From assembly GCA_050084515.1 (NCBI GenBank), contig CM114271.1, positions 14,322,001 to 14,386,000 of the forward strand: a stretch of 64,000 nt of DNA, written 5' to 3'. This DNA comes from Blasia pusilla (lineage: Eukaryota). Both the position numbers and the translations under genes were made by a program. Below the pieces are notes generated by a model. It was not told the origin of the DNA. It saw only the letters and a program-made list of their open reading frames with translations, and did no database searches. This document shows, piece after piece, positions 11,447-22,800 of the stretch; the stretch's first letter is position 1, and each line of letters starts with the position of its first letter.

Positions 11447-14400
11447 CTACCCAATCACTCCAGTTTTGTACCCATTGGGATATTTTTGTTGCCATTTCCA
11501 GGCCATTTCGAGCGTCTCAGTTAGGTTGACATGCTTTGCACGCCATCCAAGATCAAGATTGATTTTCTCTGGGTGGCTGTAGACCTCGGCGTAGTCACCT
11601 GGTCTTCGATCTAGAATAGTCACATTGATGTTGACCTTTGTTGCAAGCTTGCAAGCTTCCACAAACTCCTTCACAGACACTCCTGCAACAACCAGTGTCC
11701 AGAGATTCCAATTAAGAGTGCACAGGAATTGTCACAACATAAATCTGCCACCTCATGAACAGAGAAATGATAGATCCTAGCAGTACAGTTCAGAATAAAC
11801 TTGTACAGGGACATCTTCGGAAAGTAAAACTTAACTGATCCATTAAGCAAGCTAGAAAGGTTAGAATGAAAAAGAGGTCAACGAGATCAGAGTTTAAAAA
11901 TACCTTGGCCAGTGCCTACGTTGTAGATTCCCACCTTCCCTACTTTAGCATGGACTAATGACTTCATGTGTGCCTCAACCAGGTCCGTGACATGGATATA
12001 GTCCCTCACACAGGTTCCATCTTTAGTGCTATAGTCATCTCCTCTTATCTGGAATAGGCCACAATCTCCTAAGCACAAGAATATGAATGCGTTCAACCAT
12101 TTTCTTTCTGACTTTTCTACAGAAACCTCCTCATTGCAAATAGACAGTAAAATACAAGTACTAAAAATTCCTTGAAGCCCTCGGAAGTTGTATTCAAGAA
12201 GTAAAAGGGGGAGATATGGCCAATGCATACCGTGAGGCCACCAAGAAAACCTCTTGCGACATCAAAGCAAGCACCAGATATACGGCCATGAACCCTAAGC
12301 TCTGGCCGTGGTGCTTCTCCAAGTCGTCCTTTAGGATCAGAACCAATTACATTAAAGTACCTGCAATAAACACTGAAGATAATAAGTATGGAGCAAATTT
12401 CCCTCAATCCAACATCATCTTGCCTGGAGTGGACTACATCCCACCCTTAAAATATCAAGTTTCACATATCAGGACACTCGATAATAGACAACAACGCAAC
12501 TACAGTTCAGTTCGTTTCTTTAACAAATATTTTTATTCTTGTCTGTGAGACTGCTTGATCGCAATTATTGTAAGAAGTTTCACTACAAGATCAGCGCCTG
12601 CAAGATTTGTATGGGTAAGATACAGGAAATCAATATATCCACTATAAAATTGGAGTTAATTACCTCAAAATCATTACAGCCATTGTCCCACTTGCAGCAT
12701 AATCCTTTATGATCTCCTCAGCCATTTTCTTGGCCTTGCCATAAGGATTTATTGGCATCTACACAAGTACATTAAAAGTTTTTTTCAACCTAACGAGTCT
12801 TTAGCACTTTCGTTTACTTTCCTACTCAAAAGAGTTATGCGAGAATCTCAGAGTATTTTAGAGAATCAAAAAGATTTGTGAAGAGACGACTTACTGACAA
12901 CCCTGATAAGCTGTATTAAGTATACGGAGATGAACTACCCATCAGGTAGAAAGTATGGGATTCACCTTTGTAAGTAAATTACACAACCCAACCCATCTCA
13001 CTACGAACAGGAGACCAAAGATTCCGGAAGCACAGGCTTTCTTAATCACGGAGTCATGAACTATTTCCGTGTGAAATCAAACCATGATGTGTTCAAGAAC
13101 ACATTTATGACAGATCACACACAAGGAAGATGGATGAGCACTTAAAGTAAGCACACGATAATCCTCAGGACCTGGGATTATTTATACCTGAGGAGTATCT
13201 TCTGTTATGGGCATTTTTGCAGGTTCCCCATATGTTGCACAAGTACTTGAGTATATCAGTGTAGGAACTTTGTGCCTGACCATGGCCTCCAATACTATCA
13301 ATGTGTTGGTAGTAATATTGTGGTAGTATCTGCAAAAAATTCCCATATCCATATGTAAGCAGGAAAGCCCATCTTAACAGAGGAAACCTGCCATGTCACA
13401 GCTTTCTACTTAACTCTTCAACAATTGACCGTTTTTCGACTCTACTCATGGAATCGTCATTTCTCTTAGGTCACCCTCACATCTTCACAGGAGTTCATCA
13501 GTTCTCCAGTTTGCAATTCATTCTACGTCAGTGAATGTCTTTATACACTACTCAAACTTTTGAGATACTTGGTAAATAAAACTTACATTATTGCACACAA
13601 ATTCTGTTCTCCGGAGTCCTGACAATGCTCTCTATATGACTTAATTAGCCATTAGGTGACCAAGGCTTTACTACTGGTTGTTGAAGAACCTATAAATTCA
13701 GCAGCTCCAAACTTGGAAAAATTAGTCCCATCTGAACATGATGACAGTGGTAGCTGATGACCATACCGCAAAGGCTCAGCCATGCTCTCTCCCACATAAG
13801 CAATGGCAGCAAAGTGCATCACCGAATCAAAAGCATTTTTTGAAAATACCTCCTCAACCTGCAGAGTAGTCAAGGTATGACCTTCCAAATTTTGTGCTCA
13901 AGCACTCAAAAGGAATGAAATTATTGCTAAAATTTGAAGGGAGAGCATTGAATCGTTAACTGGAACAAGGATACAGCACTGGCATCTCCAAGATCTGCAT
14001 ATAGAAATTGAAGACGTCCTGGTTCCGGAAATAACTCTTGCAGTACGTGTATAGCCCCTAGATTTCCACGAGAGAGGTTATCCTGCCAGCAATAACCCAA
14101 ACTAGGTCAGTTTGGGTAGCAATAACTGAGTTTGACTGAACCTCTGAGTGGTCAGATGGTAGCCAGAGCAGACCTGAAATTCGTGCAGAAGGGTGCATAA
14201 ACTGGCAGAAAAGCAGAGTTTTTCTCCTCCTTTAATACTTATCGAGATAACAAGGTGGAAGGTTCAAAAATTGATCATGCAGCAGAAGGCAAGCAAAAGG
14301 AATTTCCTGGACAAACTTGACAGAAATATCTGCAATCAAATGACAATCTGAAGATTAATTCAGGAGGTACATACCACAATTGTGACCCTGTAGTTGTTTT

Positions 14401-16381
14401 CCAAAAGGAGCAAAGCTGCATGTGATCCAATAAAACCAGCCCCTCCTGTGACGAGCACATGTTGCACAGCATTTTCTGGTTTTGAGAACTGCCATCAAGC
14501 GAAATTATCTTAGGGTACTTTCTGTGCCTCGAAAATGCTCGCCCATTAGGTCAACTTCTACTCTTCCTGACAAACCACTTGTTCAGATGCCACTTGCGAA
14601 TGTGAGAGTTCCCCGACTCAATTGGCCACCCAATTCAAGTGACCACGGTGGAAATGTAACATAATGGAATTAACCTCCTTTAAACCCTTTGTTAAGCTTC
14701 CAATCAGAGGAGTTTCACTTCTTCGCATTGTGTAGGAGTCAGAAAATTTCTCAACAAATCATTGAAATTAATGTGCAGGCAATCGTCTGACATAAAATTA
14801 AGTGTACCTACTTCAATAACTCCAGCTGCAGTGTTTCCAGCTTGGATAAGCACTACAATGTCCAAATTCTTTATGGCAACCAAGGCCGATTCACACCAAA
14901 TCCACTGATCTCATTTGAAAATGCTATACTCACTGCCGATTCTTCACTGACTACCATCGGCATTGGTTTTTGGGTGTCGAACTCAAAAGAACCTGCATTC
15001 TAGACACTAGGATTGAATCCGCTGGCAGAGGAACAGTCATTTTGGAATTTTGAAATCAAAAGTTTGGGCACAACATGTACTGGTGTACCTTAAAGTCAGC
15101 TATTTTCTACTCCTCCAAAAGAATTCTCACAAACGCTCGTCCTTAGGTTAATTTAAGAGACACAAATGAGAGGAGTAAAAAGTAAAACCACAACAATAAG
15201 ATCTTCTACTGGGTGATGTGCGGGTAATGTAAGATGGGGTGACCTCGTTCCCAGAATACAGGCTACCATTCCTCACTGAAATACCTCTGCTATATAAGTT
15301 CCAAGAAATCGCCTTCCAACCGAGAGCTGAGGTTCGTAGTTTGGACCAGCAATAGGATCGATCATTGGCAGCAACCATTTACTCGGTTCAAGGGACCCTT
15401 ACACCATTAATGGCCCATGAGAGTCATAAGAGAGGCAAAATCAATATTCTTCCTAAAAACATCGACAACAAGCGCAACAAGGTCCTAGAAAGATCTCTTA
15501 CCACACTCACACTCGCAGATGGAGATGAAGATGAAGATGACTGGCGGAGTATGAACATGCAGAGTGCGGTTAAAGTTGCGGCCACCACGACTTTCACCAC
15601 CAGTTGTGACCTTGGCCGAGACATCCCGTGGTCAAAACCTGATATCACGGAAAGTGAATTCTTTTCAAGACAAGGAAAGGATGACTCGATGAATGCCTTC
15701 TGTTGTCAGTGAAAACCCAATCGCCAAAGAATGTCTGCCTCCTGTCGTCCTAGGGAGATGCGTTTGTGAGTCTTGAACAAGACCCAATCTGCTCACTGTA
15801 CTGCGATGTGTGTAAGGCACTTTGAACCTCAGAACGAGGTCCAACTTCCGCTCACTAAACTTCAGCTGCTACTTACGATGGAATAGAAAAGCTGAAGAGT
15901 CCAATCTAGTCAGACTTCCGGGCTCCAAATTGAATCGAAGGAAGAGAAGACATAGGACAATGTACAAGGCTGGCGACTGGACTCCCTTCACAAATTCCTG
16001 AGTCATCCACACAATTCTCTCTACACATCCGTCCAGTGCCTACAGAGAGACCTCCACGCTCCATTAACCCAAGCCACACATGAGTCGATGGTGTGAAGAT
16101 GGGAGCGTAGATGGCTTGACTAAGTGGCTGGAGAGCTACCGGGAGTCCCACAGTCTCAAGCCTCTTAGCGCATTGACGAAGAAACGCGTTGGAACATTTG
16201 AATTACAGTTAACTTTGAGAATGAGGTGGCGAAGTACCGGAAAAAGACCAAAGACGGGAGCCTCTGGTCGGCGGAGTCCTGCGGCGATAGAAAGGAGAGC
16301 CTGGCATGACTCCGGCGTATCTCAATACTCACACTCCGAAGCAGATCTGCCTTCAGTCCGCAGAGCTGCCAATTGCAACAT
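11447..16381 (-). CDS. MUR4: UDP-arabinose 4-epimerase / UDP-xylose 4-epimerase (MUR4/UXE-like), type II membrane SDR enzyme
   Basis: Exons (minus): 16381-16333 (tentative first coding exon), 15638-15511 (or -15502), 14488-14375, 14082-13975, 13858-13767, 13329-13188, 12758-12664, 12360-12231, 12048-11904, 11682-11447; all GT-AG and in frame. Motifs: TM anchor [77 protein letters not shown]. Likely 5' UTR donor at 16782. Confidence 0.93.
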
Positions 16382-17132
16382 GTGCCCAAGCGGAAAGTTC
16401 TCCAGCAAACCCTCCCGAAACTGAATGCAAACGAGAATGCAAACCACGGGAAAGTCAACCTTCTGATGGGCAAAACTTGCAGCAAACAGACGATCAAATC
16501 TCCACCATAAAGTTCGTGGATCGATCCTGCCAAACGTCATCCAACCACTGGCAACTCCACCGGCCAATTCACTCCTCAAAAATCCTTCCATCCATCCATA
16601 TAGCAAATAATCTCAACATCATCCCTTTTTCTGTTCCTTCCACAAATCTGAGCGCATATAATCCCGAGCTCAGAGACGCTTCCAGACGGGAATCAATCCA
16701 CACAGAATTACGCAATTCATGAGGCAACACCTCTCGATCGCACTAAATCCACGCACGCAAGCCACAGCCACGCGCTACTTACCTTCTTCCCAAACTTGAA
16801 TCCACTCTACACTCCAGCAAAACTCGGAGACCGCCACTTTCCTGATCGGAGCAGCAACCTGCGACAATCACATACTGTCCACCTGAAACGTGGCCACCGC
16901 AGCAATTTCAACTCATTAGGAAGAGGGGGATGGATGCGGGAGAAACGTGCTCGCTCGCTCTCTCCCTCTAACTCCCCCACACACACACACAAGTTAGCAG
17001 CACATTTGCTCTGGCAACGCACGCAGCGACTAGCATACGTATACCTCAACCTTCGCACCTTGTCACGAGCATCATCACCGTCATCGTCATCTTCGAATTG
17101 TATGCATGTATATACATAGGTAGAGATCGATA

Positions 17133-17678
17133 TCTATACATGCATGCATACCGGGACAGATACCTCTACTTCGGCACCACATACATACATACATACATAC
17201 ACCATTGGCACGCCAGTCCACGTAGATTCGCCGTCTGTCATTCCAGACTGGGAATCTCCGTTCCTGTGGATCCTGCCTTCAGTGGGTGAGAGAAATTCAC
17301 CCATGGTTAGTTTAGAACCCATGGTTACTTTAGAACCATGATGATTCGGCCTCTTTCCTTCCCGAATGGGAGTCTCTCTATTCCTGGAGCGAAGTTCGCC
17401 CCAGGTTATTTTAGAACCACTTACCGAATAGGAAAATCTCCCTTCATAGAACAAAATTCACCCATGGTAATTCGAGAACCACTGACTGCAGGTGCGCCCC
17501 CTTTTCTCCCCCCGCCCTTATGATCCTCAGAATCGTCCCCTTCTGAAGGTGGGCCCTGGGCGGAAGTCCCCCGGGCTTGTTTTAGAATTGTCCGTATTCT
17601 ATTTATTGGTGGTCCTCCAGTTCATTTCTACTTCCAGCTCTGTTTATCCTATTTATTCCCGAGCCTCTCCCGCACTAG
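17133..17678 (+). mobile_element. Possible non-autonomous Helitron-like element upstream of the epimerase
   Basis: A|TCTATAC...CACTAG|T boundaries. Internal ~18-bp repeats CCCATGGTTAnTTTAGAA at 17300, 17318, ~17400, 17461. Terminal hairpin weak. Followed by (TA)n at ~17700-17721. Confidence 0.3.
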
Positions 17679-17699
17679 TATATACTCTATATCTAAATC

Positions 17700-17731
<32 letters not shown>

Positions 17732-18876
17732 TAAACTCCGGCGATATGTGAGAGTCCTCCTGGCATAACACCAAGTTCCAAGCTTGAATGTTACATGGGC
17801 ATGGGCCGCATGTACGAGCCCTCTTGTAGAGCGCGGAGTTCCATATTTGAATGCACGTTGCATGAGCGTGATCATGATGGGCTACATATGAGAGTGAGAG
17901 AGAGGTTGCAAGTTTCCATTTACGTGAGGGTAAGTATGGACTCGTCCATGCACTATGCGCCTGTTACGGCCCCCGGATGTTTTCGTTGTTTTTTTGCATG
18001 GCCATCTAGAGTGTCCTCTACACGGATGTATAAATTACTTTCTTCTCCCCGTGTTACCCGTCTCAAAGGAAAGGATCGCGGACTGGTTTATATTACGTCC
18101 CATAATTAGTTTTTATGATTTTCAAGTGTCATTTGAAACCATTTTGAGTGATCTTATTGGTAGCATCCCACTATGATGTGGCCATCTAGAGCCATATCGT
18201 ATGTGGCAAGATAGACACACTTAATTTCAAATTATCTTGAAACAAGTCATCCACCGTTGTAGTTTGTGGCTCTTATGAGGCTTCAAACCCTTGTTCTTGG
18301 ACATTCGTGACATATTTGGCAATATACTCTTGTAACTATTTCCAATTATAAAAAAAAAATTGAGACTTGAAAATGGGAAAAAAATTGGGTTGGTCAAGGT
18401 TTTGTTGTCCGAACATTCTTAATTCCATGGATCTATTGTCAATTTCCAACTCAAGAATTAATATTTATGGACAAATCGGAAAGCCACGTGCAAACTTTAA
18501 ATATTTTTTAAAACTTATCAAGAAATGGAGAAAATATTTATAAACATGAGTCTTTTCGAAGGTTGGCTAGGTTTTTCACCATTATATAAATCCTTGATCG
18601 TCTACTCAAGGACCTATATAAATGACTCACTATATAAGTAAGTACTAGCTACACTCACCCATATTTGTAAGTCAAAGGCTAGCACTATCTATTGGTGGTC
18701 ATGAAGTCGCTTTCTCCCATGACCATATGGATCTCTAGTTGGAGTAGTTGATAGTGCTCTATGACTTGCCTTTGTAGGAGACGGATTTATGTATGTATGC
18801 TAGCCTTTTAAGGCAACACTTGTGTAGTAGTGTCCACTTGAGGGAGCTCTATGCGTGCTATTTGAGGTGGTTATTG

Positions 18877-19253
18877 CAAGGTTGCACGAAAATAGACTTG
18901 TCCGTCCATATGATGGAATTGTCCAAACAAGTCCGAACATGCCATCCCACACCCAATCCCATGCCCATTCTTGCACTACGCCCCACCCCGCCAACATTCC
19001 TACCGTGATCCCCGCCTACGTCTGGCCCACGCATGCCAGAAAAGAAAAGAAAAGAAAAAAGAGCCCCCTGTGCAAGTAGGGTGTGTGCTTGCGCATCCCA
19101 CATCCTACCCGTGCCCCTTTGGCACGGGTTGGGGTTGAGGGCACGTTGTGGGATTTGGTGCAGGGATGAGGGCACGGAGAGCACAGAATGCGAGCAGTCG
19201 AGCCTGCATGGACATGTCCGTCCCTTGGATGCAAATAAGTCTGTGCAACCTTG
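18877..19253. mobile_element. hAT-type MITE (377 bp)
   Basis: Perfect 11-bp TIRs CAAGGTTGCAC / GTGCAACCTTG; 8-bp TSD GGTTATTG (18869-18876) / GGTTACTG (19254-19261). Confidence 0.85.
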
Positions 19254-19897
19254 GGTTACTGACTACAACCACGATTATGCCCAACCTAAAGTACAACTAA
19301 ATCAACAACAAGATGATGGAGATCAACTCCACCGTTGTCCATATTATGGTGGTGAAGGGTGGCTCTCACATCATTCTTTCAACATCCTCCTACATTGACT
19401 CTCCTTCCGAGTCTTCAAAAAAGTAACCATATTGAGAAACAAGGTTCAAGATCCATTTGTCGTCCTCTTTATTTATCATTATCAACCCCGTAGGCTAGAT
19501 CATAATGTAACTCCTTCTAATCCAATAATAAAGGTAGTTCATTCTTTGAGTTACAACATCTTGTGTCATGCAAGGACCTCTATCTATGAGTCAACTGGAT
19601 AATGGGTATTATTTAATCCTCAACCAGGCTAGCTCTGGAGTAGGGCATACTTTGTGAGAAGAAAAAAATACTAAGTAGTACTACTAAAATGATTCCATAA
19701 CCAACTTTGAAGATTGAATGAGATTAGTATGGCATGCATAGTTATATTCTCACATATCCACATCTCAAGCATCTTGTCTAGATCTATTAGTGTAAATACA
19801 TGCTCTTTTGTTCCCACACACATGTGTATGTCATGCATGTGCTAAACGGTGGGATACTCTCTATTTTGGACATACTATCCCATAGTAAAAATGTGGA

Positions 19898-22800
19898 ATT
19901 TTTAGAGATCCCTCTGCGATTCCCACCCGCGACTCAATTACTTGGGTCCCGATTAGGAACTCGCGCGAGGTCCGTTGAACAGTTGGAACCACTAGGCACA
20001 AAGGTTCCATTTTATGTTCCCAGACTAACCAGAAAGTCTGTTCCAAGTCTTGAAGGACTTGCCATGTTGGGAACCTAGGACGTAAGGAAGGTTGAGCTTG
20101 ATGAGATGCCAAGTTGGGAACTCGGTGGGTTGGAAGGCCGTGTGACCCAAAGCCAGACTAATGTGAGTGCATTTGGGGTGCAAGTCGGCGATGAGAGCGT
20201 GTCCTACTGAACGTACGCTTCCGCAATACTAGAGATTGACGTTCAAGGAGAGTAGGCGCACGACAAGTGGTATCAGAGCTAATCCTTGGTGAGCGAGAAC
20301 TTGGGGTCATGGGATCGAGTGGAGGCTTGGGGAAACTCAAGGTAGCGGCTAGGCCTAGACGCTCGAGGAGGGAGGCAAGAAATAAGGAGGAGATCTGAGT
20401 GTGGCCGCTTGAAGATGGCGATCGAGGGAGACGAACCCAAGAAGCACCGAATCAAGCAACGAGAACTGAGTATCAAACCAATGCCGGACCGTGAAGCTAT
20501 GGAGGAGACGGAGACTCCCGAGGAGCCGAGTGACGGACTTGAGGATGTTCCAGAGGCGAATCCTTCTGCAGGGGCCATCGGCTCCAAACTCAAGGGAACC
20601 GACTAAGTCAAGTCAGACGTTGGACTTGTTGAAGTTGTTGGTAGAGCAGATGTCCCAGCAAAGCAAGCGGATAGTAGAGCTAGAGGCAGATCGAACCTCG
20701 GGTGCAGGCAAAAAGCTTTGCAAGACGAACTTGCCCACGCCATTCACTGGGGTGGGGCGTTCTCGGAAAGTGAAGGATTTCCTTACGGAGTTGGAACTGT
20801 ACTTCAAGGCGCAGAGGGCAGTTGAGCAGGACAAGGTGACGGTAGCTGTTACTTTCCTAAAGGATCATGCGCTACAATGGTGGACAACTCAACGAAAGGA
20901 ACATCTAGACGGCGAGTCACCTTTGAGTTGGGAGGAGTTTAAGGTGTTGATTGGTGACCGATTCACTCCGGAGTACCAAGGGTTGCGCGACACGGTGGAA
21001 TGCATATGGTTGCGACAGAGTGGTTCCTTAAGCGCTTATGTGAGGGAGTTTAGTGCAAAATTGTCTTTTCTTCCTAAAATGGATGAGCACGCAAATAAGG
21101 CTATCTTCATTAGCGGACTTAAACCAAGTGCTGAAAAGGCCCTTTACCGAATGTCGGCATTTCCAGATACCTGTGTGGACCTTCTGAAGCTAGCGGAGCG
21201 GATCGGGGACGATGAAGTCCAAACCCATAAGCCCTTTGAGCGAAAAGGTTTTTTGAAGAATGCGAAAAATAAGGAGACATCCAAGAGAGTCTGGAGTGGG
21301 GGCTCGCGCGACCAAGGAGAGTCGCTTGCCCCAGCAGCAAAACGAGTGGAACTTCATGCGAAGCCAAGAGGAGGACAACATTCTAAGTCAGGAAATGGCA
21401 AGGTGATATGCTATAACTGTGGCGAGCCTGGGCACATGGCAAAAGGGTATTCGAAACCGAAGGTTAGTAATAGGAGTATGATTGCGTTTGCTACTAAGCA
21501 CTTGTCGGCGGGTGGTCTCAAGACGTCCCTTCACGTCACGAAGAGGACGCCCAATTTGGTGTACCTAAGATCCAAGATTTCTGATCGCGATGTGTTGTTG
21601 CTCGTGGATACAGGTGCTTCGCACTCCTTCCTAAGCCCAAGAATCGTGAAGGAGCAAGGTTTGTCCACCTCTAAGGCGGACGAACCCATTCGAGTGGGAT
21701 TTGCTAGAGGCAAGTCTCATCGGACTTCTGAGTTGGTCTTGGGTTTAACCATAGGATGCGGAGTATTCGAGTTGAAGGAGAATTTCACTGTGTGCGAGAT
21801 GGATGGCATTGACTGAGTCTTGGGGAATACATTCCTGGACGCGTATGAGGTGGAGTTAAGATGTAGACCATTGAGGTTGAGCATCTTGCTGAAAGGCAAA
21901 CGGTTGCAGGTAGGGTTGGTTCGTCAAGTTCTGATGAAGAAGGAGTTGGTGAATACTTTTACAGGGAGGAGCATGACCGAGTTAGAGGATGAATTTCTCT
22001 GCTTGATGAGACAAGTGGAGGAGGCTACAAGTGAAATACGCAAAGATCAGGACACTGCTTCAAGGGGAATCCCAACACTACTTCAGAAAGTGGTCAAGGA
22101 GTTTAAGGATGTCTTGACAAATGAGCTTCCAACTGAGTTGCCGCCACATAGAGCAGTTGATCATAAGATAGAGATCATACATGGTTCCCAACCGCCTTCC
22201 AAGGCACCATATAGGTTGAATCAAGAAGAACTTCTTGATTTAAAAGGGCAGTTAAGTGAGCTCTTGGAACAGGGTTACATTTGGACTAGCAAGTCACCTT
22301 ATGGAGCACCCGTTCTCTTTGAAAAGAAGAAGGATGGGAAGATGAGGCTGTGTGTTGATTATCGTGGGCTGAATAAAGTGATGGTTCAGAACAACTATCC
22401 TCTTCTGAGGATAGATGATCTCTTTGATAGGTTGGCAGGCGCAAGATACTTCAGTAAGATTGACTTGAAGTCAAGATATTACCAGATCCGGATTGCCGAG
22501 GCAGATCTGGAGAAGACTGCGTCTAGGACAAGATATGGGTCCTTTGAGTTTTTAGTGATGCCTTTTGGTCTATGCAATGCGCCTCTGACGTTCACCACAT
22601 TGATGAACTCCATTTTTCATAAGGAGATGGATGAGTATGTGATCATCTACATTGATGATATACTTATCTATTCAAAGTCACTGGAGGAGCACGCTCAACA
22701 TGTGAGAGTGGTTTTGTCAAAACTAAGGGCGAATCAGTTATATGCGAATGTAGAGAAGAGTGAATTCGGGTTGAGCAAGATCAAATTCTTGGGTCACGTG

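Noticed and set aside
12581-12592. CACTACAAGATC CACTA-like terminus in an epimerase intron
   Set aside because: No matching downstream end or subterminal repeats.
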